NCBI GenBank assembly: GCA_017470165.1
Contig: JAFUEX010000024.1
Span: 75,398-139,397 of the forward strand
Length of the DNA: 64,000 nucleotides
Reading direction: 5' to 3'
Origin: Alphaproteobacteria bacterium
Lineage (GTDB): Bacteria > Pseudomonadota > Alphaproteobacteria > RF32 > CAG-239
The notes under the pieces are model-generated. The model ran no database searches. It was not told the origin of the DNA and was given only the letters and a program-made list of their open reading frames with translations. Within the stretch, counting starts at the first letter, position 1. Every line of letters begins with the position of its first letter. The position numbers and the translations under genes were made by a program. Positions 33,594 to 42,165 of this stretch are shown piece after piece.

Positions 33594-34670
33594 ATGAAAA
33601 AATTTGTTTTGATTTCTAGTTTGTTAATAGCTTTTAGTATCAATGTTTGGGCTAATGAAACTAAAAATTCGGCTTGGGAGGGTCTTTGGGATTATCAAAG
33701 ATATGCAGTAAATCCCTCCGGCGTTTTAGAAATAACTGATTGTCAAAATAATTTGTGCCATTTTAGTATTAATACTGCCAATGGGGCACATACTTGTATG
33801 CTTGAAGGAAAATTAAAAACAAGTGCTTATAAAGCTGAATATAGGGAAAAAATAGAAACAGCAGAAGGTAAGTATGATGATATCGTTATTACATTTGAAC
33901 TGAATCCCGATAAAAACTTTATAGAGATAGATGCAAATTATGCTTCTCGTATGTATTGCGGTATGCAAGGATATTTTATTGGCAAATATGAAAATCAAAA
34001 CAATCCGCTACGTTATGATACTGGTTTTGATTGCTGGGCAAAAGATTTAACAGATACACAAAAAATTATTTGCGCTGAAGAAGAATTAGCTCGTGCTGAT
34101 AAAGAGATGACTGAAAATTATCAATCCGAACAAACAAACGAATGGTATAATAAACGGGAAATTTGCCATAATGATAAAAGATGTCTGTGGGAATTTTATA
34201 TTTCTTCCATAAAGTCCGCTTATGAGAAGAAAAATAACAAATCTGTTAATTTCTATGAATACATGGGTAATTTGTCAGATGATACCCCATATTATCCGAC
34301 AGATTTTTCTTTACTTTATGATTTTTTCATCAAAAATATGCAAAACAAAGATTTTGAACAGTGGAAAGTTGCTTTTTCTCAAATTTCTATGGACAATAGT
34401 AAATGTAATCAATGTCGTTACCATGAATATGGTTTGCCTGGTTTATATACCATTGCGGAATCAGCTTTTTATATCAACAAAAATGAAATATGGCTTGCTT
34501 TTTTACACATTGATAATGATACAAATAAAAAGCATATAGTGATATATGCTATGCCTGATAGGGAAGAAAAAGATATTCCTGCTGAATTTGACAACTGGCT
34601 GGATCGCTTAAAAGAACATTTTCCTGATGGAATTAAACTAAAGTATTTTACCGACACAAAAAATAAGTGA
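33594..34670 (+). CDS. Secreted DUF1311 (LprI-like) domain protein.
   Basis: Signal peptide. The DTQKIICAEEELARADKEMTENYQ motif is typical of the DUF1311/LprI N-terminal domain. Very AT-rich. Confidence 0.45.
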   Translation: MKKFVLISSLLIAFSINVWANETKNSAWEGLWDYQRYAVNPSGVLEITDCQNNLCHFSINTANGAHTCMLEGKLKTSAYKAEYREKIETAEGKYDDIVITFELNPDKNFIEIDANYASRMYCGMQGYFIGKYENQNNPLRYDTGFDCWAKDLTDTQKIICAEEELARADKEMTENYQSEQTNEWYNKREICHNDKRCLWEFYISSIKSAYEKKNNKSVNFYEYMGNLSDDTPYYPTDFSLLYDFFIKNMQNKDFEQWKVAFSQISMDNSKCNQCRYHEYGLPGLYTIAESAFYINKNEIWLAFLHIDNDTNKKHIVIYAMPDREEKDIPAEFDNWLDRLKEHFPDGIKLKYFTDTKNK

Positions 34671-34915
34671 ATGATATCGTTTTTTATTAATACATTTAAT
34701 GACTTTTAAAAGATATCATTCACTTTAATATTAAGGATATTTTCTCAATAATTCCAGAGCTTTTGCATTTTCAAGAGTAAATCGGTTGTTAGTAATGTTA
34801 TTTCTGTAGGATGCTGAGCTATTTCTGAAATTATTGGGATTTCCTCTTTCAGTTTGGTAACGGTTTCTGATTCGGAGTTTATGTTTTTGCATAGGGTGTC
34901 TTTATATTGATTGCA

Positions 34916-35482
34916 CTAAGATTTTGATTGTTTGGCTTCGGACTCGTTTTGGGTTTGGGCTGCTTCCTTATCAGCAGTTTGTGACTGCGCTTTGCTCTCT
35001 TCTGCCTGAAGTTTTTCATACTCTTCTTCAGTAATCTCTTGGGGGAGATTTTTGTTGACTTCATTGACGGTGCTGTTCTGCGATGTGCCGTCAACTTTCA
35101 AAGTGTCACCGAATTCGCTTGCGCTGATGCCGGTCGGCTTGAAGGCTACTTGTGCTGAGAGGTTGGTTTGACTGCGGTCGGTAAAATAGTCAATCAACAT
35201 TCCCATCCAAGAGATGAGAAACAGGCCGATAGCCAAAGAGCCAAACCATTTCCAGTTGATTTTGCCCCAGATACAGCCCCAGGCCAGACCGACCAAGCCG
35301 AATCCGCCCAAACAATAGGCAATGTATTTGAACTCGTTGATGGCAGTGGCGGCGCGGGAACGAATCGTAAAGAGGATGGAGGCCTCAGCCGATGTGATGC
35401 AGACGCCCAAGGCCAGCAGAATTACGCAGAATACCAAGCATAAGCGGCGGAAGTCGAGGGAAAAAGAAAATAGTTTGGTCAT
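34916..35482 (-). CDS. VirB2/TrbC-like pilin paralog.
   Basis: AGGAGG ribosome-binding site. Hydrophobic leader plus GGFGLVGLAWGCIWGKINWKWFGSLAIGLFLISW, shared with the two neighbouring paralogs. Confidence 0.55.
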   Translation of the reverse strand: MTKLFSFSLDFRRLCLVFCVILLALGVCITSAEASILFTIRSRAATAINEFKYIAYCLGGFGLVGLAWGCIWGKINWKWFGSLAIGLFLISWMGMLIDYFTDRSQTNLSAQVAFKPTGISASEFGDTLKVDGTSQNSTVNEVNKNLPQEITEEEYEKLQAEESKAQSQTADKEAAQTQNESEAKQSKS

Positions 35483-35492
35483 GGTGTCCTCC

Positions 35493-35948
35493 TTAGCGTA
35501 GGCTGCGGGCGTTGGATTTTTTGAGGGTGTCTTCCCAATTTTTTTCGTTGGGGGCATATTTGGTCATATCACCGCTGAGAGAGTCTTCTTTGTCGTTACC
35601 GGCTTGGGATAGAGTGTTGGAAACACCGAAAGTTTTGCCGCCGGTCATTAACTGGACAATGCCGCCGGCAGTGGCCATAACTACCAGCGAGATGAGGATG
35701 GCACCCAGCCATTTCCAATTGAGGTTGCCAAAGATGCCTCCGACGCCGACGGCAACAATGCCGAATCCGGCGACGATGTAAATCAAATCGCGCAATTCAG
35801 AGAATATTTTAAGACCACTGGCGACCAAGGCAGAGAAGAGGCCGGAACCGCCGGTGGAGGTGTCGGCGGCAAAGGCCAAGGCCGGCAGCAGACACAAGCA
35901 CAAGGCCGGCAGCAAAATCAATCGGGTAGGAAACTTTTTACTTGGCAT
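35493..35948 (-). CDS. VirB2/TrbC-like pilin paralog.
   Basis: Signal peptide plus AGFGIVAVGVGGIFGNLNWKWLGAILISLVVMATAGGIV. Confidence 0.55.
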   Translation of the reverse strand: MPSKKFPTRLILLPALCLCLLPALAFAADTSTGGSGLFSALVASGLKIFSELRDLIYIVAGFGIVAVGVGGIFGNLNWKWLGAILISLVVMATAGGIVQLMTGGKTFGVSNTLSQAGNDKEDSLSGDMTKYAPNEKNWEDTLKKSNARSLR

Positions 35949-36143
35949 TGTAGTTCTCCGCTTGCGGTTAATGGTTTTTTGGTTCAGTGACTATCAGGCT
36001 ATTGCATTGTTGGTGTTTTTTTGTGTGGGGGACCACGTTTGTCCTTTCGTTTTCTTTCGTCTTTCCTTTAGCGTGACAGGAAAGGGGGTGTCCGCTCAGG
36101 GGGCGGTGCCTTGTGGTCATGGGATGCCTTATTCGCCGCTTAA

Positions 36144-36244
36144 GCGGCTCAGGCATGACAGGACAAGAGAGGCGGCTCAGGCATGACAGGACAAGAGAGG
36201 CGGCTCAGGCATGACAGGACAAGAGAGGTCGCTCAGGCATGACA
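36144..36244. repeat. 28-bp tandem repeat (gcggctcaggcatgacaggacaagagag) x3.3 within a repeat-dense intergenic tract.
   Basis: Three exact units plus a partial fourth. Related dispersed copies lie at 36070-36110 and 36630-36710. Inverted tgtcaccgctgagcg copies lie at 36255-36330. Confidence 0.85.
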
Positions 36245-36860
36245 TTCTATTATTGTCACCGCTGAGCGAGGAACGAGCGAATAAGCGATCTCTTTTTTTA
36301 TGTCACCGCTGAGTGCCGCAAGGCACGAATAAGCGGTCGCATGAGCCTAAAAACGTTTCTTTTTACGTTACTTTTGTACGCACAAAAGTAACCAAAAAGC
36401 GTCGGGCTATTCGCCGCGGGGCGGTTTTTTTCAAGGCATAGGGCTGCGACCTACTTACACGCGACCAGAAAGCGCGTGACGAGGTCGCAAAAGGATGACC
36501 ATCGCCAGCCTTGAGAAAAAGCCGCTGTTTCCCGCTTTGCTCATCAAGCCCGAAGCTAAAGGTTTTTTTGTTGTCACTGTGCCTTGTGACGATGAGACCC
36601 CTGATTTTTCTGCGGTGCATACCGCAGAAAAAGGGGTGACAGGACAAGAGAGGCGGCTCAGGGGTGACAAGAAAGGGGGTGTCCGCTCAGGGGTGACAGG
36701 ATGGGAAAAAACACTGGATAGTGCAATAGTATAATAGTTACAATAATTTAACTCAGGTGGTTTTGAGTTTGCTGATATCTCCTGAGGATGAAGGGGATAT
36801 GGGTAAGCTCAAAGAGGGGTGGTAGAGGGGAGGGCGAACCCTCCCCAATGGATATATGAC

Positions 36861-37238
36861 CTAGTTCTCACCAAAGCTATAAGTATCACCCATACCACCC
36901 GTATTAGTAAGGCTTTGGTTGCCTGTACCCTGACCTGTGGTATTTGTGGTGGCGTATTCAACAATAGCACCGGCAGCTGCCAAGATACCCAAACCGACGG
37001 CTAAGGCGGCAAACCATTTCCAGTTGATTTTGCCGAAGATAGCGGCGAAGGCGATACCTACCAAACCGAAACCGCCGACGATGTAGATGATGGTGCGCAC
37101 GGCCTTAAAAGCCTCCAAGGCCTTACCTGCAGCAATTCCCATCACGGAAGCGGCGGCGGCAGCTTGTTCAATCAAGCCGAACATAGCGGCAAACATTACG
37201 ATCCCGAATGTCCAAATGTTTTTGCGAATAAAGTTCAT
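36861..37238 (-). CDS. VirB2/TrbC-like pilin paralog.
   Basis: GGFGLVGIAFAAIFGKINWKWFAALAVGLGILAAAGAIV matches the other two paralogs. Confidence 0.55.
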   Translation of the reverse strand: MNFIRKNIWTFGIVMFAAMFGLIEQAAAAASVMGIAAGKALEAFKAVRTIIYIVGGFGLVGIAFAAIFGKINWKWFAALAVGLGILAAAGAIVEYATTNTTGQGTGNQSLTNTGGMGDTYSFGEN

Positions 37239-37390
37239 ATCAGTTCTCCTTTTTTAAATTTTGCAAAACTTAACTTACAATTATATTGTAACGCATTCTG
37301 GAAGATTTTACCAGTGAAAATGTTTTTAGCACAAAAAGGTTAAGATATTGTTTATGGGGAGAAAATTTTGCTGTAACAAAAAATTCATCT

Positions 37391-37942
37391 TTAGCGGCCG
37401 CGGGTGGAGGTGCGCTCGAGGTCTTGGGCAAGCAGGCGCTGGCGTATGAGCTCGTATTCTTTGGCGCGGCGCTGGCGCTCTTTTTGCTCGGCAGGGGTTT
37501 CGCGATGGTTAGCCTTGGCGGCGCGCAAGGCGATGAGCTTGTTGAGCAGAGCTTTTTGCGAGAGGCCTTGGGTGGCCTCGGTGAGAAAAGAGGTGATGTT
37601 GGCCGGGGTGAGCAGCGCCTCGATATCGACCGAAGAGAGCAGAGAATCGCGGGCGATGATTTGGTTGAGCTCGACATTGAGCGCTTCTTCCCAATCGGTG
37701 TCGTCATCATCGTCGAGGCCGGAGGAGATGATTTTGAGCAGGGATTCCTTGAACAATTTGTTGACCAATTTGAGAAAATTGCGAGGGGTTACCGTGCCGT
37801 TGGCCGAGGCGCGCATCAGGGCAAACAACAGCAGATTTTTGACATATTTTTTCTGGAGGGACGAGAGCTTGAGGTTGCCGCGGATGCCGGCTTTGGCGGC
37901 GGCGAGGACAGTGTTGCGTTCGGCGGTGAAATTATAGGCCAT
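37391..37942 (-). CDS. Hypothetical protein.
   Basis: GC-rich ORF with a coherent frame. Several overlapping opposite-strand ORFs are judged spurious. Confidence 0.4.
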   Translation of the reverse strand: MAYNFTAERNTVLAAAKAGIRGNLKLSSLQKKYVKNLLLFALMRASANGTVTPRNFLKLVNKLFKESLLKIISSGLDDDDDTDWEEALNVELNQIIARDSLLSSVDIEALLTPANITSFLTEATQGLSQKALLNKLIALRAAKANHRETPAEQKERQRRAKEYELIRQRLLAQDLERTSTRGR

Positions 37943-38468
37943 GGGGGTCTCCTTGATAAAAAGCGGTGAGCAGAGGCTGAAAGGCGGCGGCAACTTGGGC
38001 ATAGACTTCGCGTTTGAAGCTGACCGCCAATGCGGGGGCTAAGAGCAGACTGTCCCAGCGCGAGGCTTTGAACTCTATCTCCTCGGGGCGGACGGCAAAA
38101 TTGAGCTCGGGCTCAGGGGTGGTGAGGGCAAACAAAAACCAATGCTGCTCTTGCCCGATATAGTCGGCAAGGCGGAAGGGGGGCGGAAAATCATAGCGCA
38201 AGGGCTGCGGCAGGGCGGCGATGAGCTTTACCGCGGTGAGGCCGGTTTCTTCGTAAAGCTCGCGATAGGCGGCAGATAAAGGAGATTCGCCGGAATCGAT
38301 GCCGCCTTGGGGAAACTGCCAGCATAAATCCGGTTGGTCGGCGCGGGCACAATACAAAACCTGAGAGGCCGAGCGCGCAACAATGATGCCGACATTGGGG
38401 CGATAGCGGCCGGAAGAGAGCCTTGATGAGGTGTTTGGCGAATCTGAAGCGGAAAAAGCTGACATCAT
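37932..38468 (-). CDS. rppH: RNA pyrophosphohydrolase (Nudix).
   Basis: Nudix box GGIDSGESPLSAAYRELYEETGL. Conserved neighbourhood with ctpA. Confidence 0.65.
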   Translation of the reverse strand: MMSAFSASDSPNTSSRLSSGRYRPNVGIIVARSASQVLYCARADQPDLCWQFPQGGIDSGESPLSAAYRELYEETGLTAVKLIAALPQPLRYDFPPPFRLADYIGQEQHWFLFALTTPEPELNFAVRPEEIEFKASRWDSLLLAPALAVSFKREVYAQVAAAFQPLLTAFYQGDPHGL

Positions 38469-39643
38469 TCGACCACCAGATTGGAAAGCGGCACTAGCGC
38501 AAAGGGTTTGATGATGTCGACAGTTTTGGCTTCCTCGTAGGAAAGCTGGGGCGAAAAGGTTTCTATCCAGCGGTGGAGCGCCAAGATGCCCAAGGGCTTA
38601 TCGTCGGCCACAATCAAAATCTGCCCCTTGTCAAAGGCGATGTTTTCGGCTTTTTTGATTTGCTCGTCAATCTCAGCGGGAAGCATATCGCGGTGGATGA
38701 TGATATCGGCCTTGCGGCGCGGAAGAGAGGAAATTTTGAGGCTGCTGAGTACATCGCTGCCGGTGGCATCAATCATCAACAGGCCGCGGTCGCGGATTTC
38801 CTCTAAGATGGGGGTGAGCTTGGCGATGTCGCTGCCGGTGATGGCGCCGGAGCGGATGATGACGCCGCCGATGGGGGCGGGTTGGGCAATAATGCGGTGA
38901 AAACGCTGGCGCAAATCATCGTTGTCGAGGCTGAAATTTAAGGCCAAGGGGCCGGTGTCTTCACGTAGGAAATCAGCCGAGGCCAAAGGAATGTCAACAT
39001 AAGTCTCGTGGCCTTTTTGGCGGGCAGCGGAGATGTCGGCGGCGGCATGGGTGAGGTAGGGCTGAAAGCTGAGCGAAACCTCGGGGGCAAAGGCCGAGGC
39101 GATTTTGGCAATGGCGGCTCCGTCAAAGCCGAGGTTGGCGATGACGATGGCGATTTTTTTGAAATTGGGCTGCGTGGGGGTGGTTTGGCCATATTCGCTC
39201 CACGGATGGTGGCCGTCGATGCTGTTTTTGGGCAGGAGGAGGCCGTCTTCGCTTGTCTCGGTCAGCTCAGGGATGAGGTCTATCGCCTTGAGCGAGACAG
39301 GATAGGTGCGCGAGGGGAGCTTGGAGAGGCTGGGAATGCCGTTGATGAGAGATTCGAGCGAAAATTCGGCCGTCTCAACCTTGGGGGAAGGTTGGGGCTG
39401 TGGTTTTTCAAAGTCGAGGTCGGTGTCGTCTTCGGACTTGGTCACCGTATCGAGGTTGTCAGGCAGAGTGAGCAAAAGAGCCGGCGCTTTGTTGTCTTTG
39501 TCAAACATCAGGCGGTCGATTTTGGAAAGATAGACCGGCTCGCTCTTGCGCTGGGCAAATAAATAGCCAATGCCCAAAACCAATGCGGTGATGATGAGGC
39601 CGACAATGACCAATTTGTCGTAGCGTTCCAGATTTTTTGCCAT
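38465..39643 (-). CDS. Divergent polysaccharide deacetylase (YibQ family).
   Basis: N-terminal transmembrane segment and an IAIVIANLGFDGAA motif. Conserved position downstream of ctpA. Confidence 0.55.
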   Translation of the reverse strand: MAKNLERYDKLVIVGLIITALVLGIGYLFAQRKSEPVYLSKIDRLMFDKDNKAPALLLTLPDNLDTVTKSEDDTDLDFEKPQPQPSPKVETAEFSLESLINGIPSLSKLPSRTYPVSLKAIDLIPELTETSEDGLLLPKNSIDGHHPWSEYGQTTPTQPNFKKIAIVIANLGFDGAAIAKIASAFAPEVSLSFQPYLTHAAADISAARQKGHETYVDIPLASADFLREDTGPLALNFSLDNDDLRQRFHRIIAQPAPIGGVIIRSGAITGSDIAKLTPILEEIRDRGLLMIDATGSDVLSSLKISSLPRRKADIIIHRDMLPAEIDEQIKKAENIAFDKGQILIVADDKPLGILALHRWIETFSPQLSYEEAKTVDIIKPFALVPLSNLVVE

Positions 39644-39658
39644 CAGAAAGAGGCCTCC

Positions 39659-40951
39659 TTAGTGATGGGGAGAGTAGACGTTGAGGCCTTTGACCAAGTC
39701 GACCGCACGTAAAAGCTGATAGTCTTTGCGCCAGCTTTGGTCGTCGTCTTTTTTGCCGGCCTCTTTGGCGATGGATTTCAGGGTCTCGTTTTTGAGGGCG
39801 TTGGTGTATTCCGCTTCGCTGAAGCCATATTCATCGGTGTATTCTTCCAATTTGGCCGGATGGACGATGATGTCGGGCTCAATGCCGGTGGCTTGTATCG
39901 AACGCCCCGAGGGAGTGTAGTAGCGGGCTGTGGTTACACGCATGGCGCCGCCGTTGCCCAAGGGGATGACAGTTTGGACGCTGCCTTTGCCAAAGGATTT
40001 TTCGCCGATGACAACCGCGCGCTTGTGGTCTTGCAGAGCGCCGGCCACAATCTCGGAGGCCGAGGCCGAGCCGTTGTTGATGATGACTACTATCGGCAGG
40101 CCGGATGTGATGTCGCCGCCTTTGGCCGAATAGCGCAAGGTGTCTTCTTCGCTGCGGGAGCGGGTGGAGACAACCTCGCCCTTGTCAAGAAACAGAGACG
40201 AGACGGCAACCGCCTGATCGAGCAGGCCGCCGGGGTTGTTGCGGACATCAAGCACGATGCCTTTAAGCGGGGTGGAGGCAGATTTTTGCGCTTTGGTATA
40301 GGCTTTTTTGATGTCTTCGGCAACATCTTCGGAAAAAGAACTGATGCGCAGGTAAAGAATGTTGCCGTCTTTGAGCTCGCTCTTGACAGACTGAGTTTTT
40401 ATTTCTTCGCGCTTGAGGGTGATGTCAAAGGGTTTTTCGTTGATGCGGCGGATGGTCAACTTGACTTTGGTGCCGGGTTTGCCGCGCATTTTGTCAACCG
40501 CCTCGTTGAGGGTCATACCGATGATGGTTTCGCCGTCGATGTTGGTGATGTAGTCACCGGGTTTGAGGCCGGCGCGGAAGGCCGGTGTGTCGTCAATCGG
40601 TGAGACAATCTTGACCACACCCTGCTCCATGGTTATCTCAATGCCGAGGCCGCCGAACTTGCCGGAGGTTTGCTCGTTCATATATTTGAAGTCTTTGGAG
40701 TCAAGGTAGCTCGAATGCGGGTCAAGCGAGGTGAGCATCCCGTTGATGGCGGATTCAATGAGCTTTTGGTCGGAGATTTCTTCAACATAGGCGGCTTTGG
40801 TGCGCTCCATAACCTCGCCAAACAAATTGAGTAGCGCATAGGTGTCAGCCTCGCTCGCAGCCGGTGCGGCAACCGCTGAGGCCGAAAAGGAGAAACTGAA
40901 AGCAGCCAGAAGAATTGTCACTTGTTTTTTTATCATTGTCAGGTCTTTCAT
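39659..40951 (-). CDS. ctpA: Carboxyl-terminal processing protease (S41, PDZ).
   Basis: Signal peptide, PDZ ([13 protein letters not shown]) and S41 core ([35 protein letters not shown]). Confidence 0.8.
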   Translation of the reverse strand: [430 protein letters not shown]

Positions 40952-40970
40952 CTTGGGTTGAATCCTTAAA

Positions 40971-42164
40971 TTATAGCTTGAACCATACATCAGGGTTTAT
41001 CGGTTGGTTGTTCTTGCGAATCTCGATATAAAGCTCCGCATTGTCTTGGGGCATAAGACCGACCGGCTCTCCGGCCAACAGCATCTGCCCTAACTCAACG
41101 TCAATCTGTCCCAAGCCGGCAAGCAAAGACAGATAGCCGTCATCGTGCTCCACAATAATCATATCGCCATAGCTGCGAAAAGGTCCGGCAAAAATCACCG
41201 TGCCGTCAAAGGGGGCTATAACTTGCGCCGACGGGCGGGTGGCGATGGTGAGGCCTTTGCTGGTGACACCTTTGACTTTTTGGTCGCCGTAGCGGCTGAT
41301 AATCGAACCGCGGGCTGGCAAGGAAAGCGAGCCTTTGGCCTTGGCGAAACCGGATACTATTCCAGTTATAGAACCATCGCCGGATTTAATCAAGTCAGCA
41401 GATTGTTTTTCCTCCAGTTTTCTTGAGGCGCGTTTGGCGGTGCGCTGCTGCTCGATTTTTTGCAATAAGTCGCGTAAATCTTGAGCCTGCGAGGCAAGTT
41501 TGTCCATATTTTTTTGCGCTTGGGCACTTTTGATTTCCACTTTGGTTTTGAGCGAGGCTTTGGCTTGCGCCAAATTTTGCATTCGGCGATGCTCGGTTTG
41601 CAGAGATTTTTTTTGCTTGGTTATTTCGATAACCTGTTTTTCAATCTTGCTCTTTTGCATGGCAATTTGGGTGAAGTGGTGGCGGATTTGCTGAGCGTTG
41701 GCGTCCAAATAAGGCACGGTCTCGCGCAGGATGATGGCGCTGCGGATAATGTCAACCGGTGTGAGCGGTTGAACCAACAGAGATTCGGTTGGTTTGAGCG
41801 CCAGATTTTGGATGGCAGAGAGAGTTTTGACCAAATTGGCGTCTTCGGTGCGGAAAGATTCCTCGGCGGCGGTGAGGTCGTGCTGCAGGTGCTCAAGCTG
41901 CTTTTCCATACGGGAGAGTTTGTCCTCGCTGTTTTGAATTTTGCGGGCGGTGCTTATCATATCCTGATTGACTTTGGCCAGCTCTTGCCCGATTTTGGCA
42001 GCCTGCTGCTGCAATTTTTGGTGCTCGAGACTTTGCTGACGCGCCATGGCTTCGACCTTTTTGAGGTCGTCTTGCGAGACATCGGAAGCTGCTGTGGCCG
42101 CTGAGACAAAACAAAGTCCCAGCAGCAAACAACAATTTAGCAAGAGCAGGCGAAAGTTCATCAA
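40971..42164 (-). CDS. EnvC-like murein hydrolase activator (coiled-coil plus M23 domain).
   Basis: Long coiled-coil N-terminal half and a C-terminal LysM/M23-like segment. Located between gpmI and ctpA. Confidence 0.6.
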   Translation of the reverse strand: MMNFRLLLLNCCLLLGLCFVSAATAASDVSQDDLKKVEAMARQQSLEHQKLQQQAAKIGQELAKVNQDMISTARKIQNSEDKLSRMEKQLEHLQHDLTAAEESFRTEDANLVKTLSAIQNLALKPTESLLVQPLTPVDIIRSAIILRETVPYLDANAQQIRHHFTQIAMQKSKIEKQVIEITKQKKSLQTEHRRMQNLAQAKASLKTKVEIKSAQAQKNMDKLASQAQDLRDLLQKIEQQRTAKRASRKLEEKQSADLIKSGDGSITGIVSGFAKAKGSLSLPARGSIISRYGDQKVKGVTSKGLTIATRPSAQVIAPFDGTVIFAGPFRSYGDMIIVEHDDGYLSLLAGLGQIDVELGQMLLAGEPVGLMPQDNAELYIEIRKNNQPINPDVWFKL

Positions 42165-42165
42165 G

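Noticed and set aside
36055-36710. Possible CRISPR array suggested by the repeated gctcagg..tgacagga units.
   Set aside because: Units are directly contiguous (28-bp period) with no unique spacers of CRISPR-like length. The dispersed copies are imperfect, with inverted partners, and no cas genes are nearby. This is a tandem/dispersed repeat, not CRISPR.
39737-40603. 288-aa plus-strand ORF and other long ORFs opposite ctpA, gpmI (42046-43446), envC (41481-42104), PBP (44476-45372) and pssA (45753-46133).
   Set aside because: Gly/Arg/Ala-rich translations antisense to genes with clear catalytic motifs. These are high-GC shadow ORFs.
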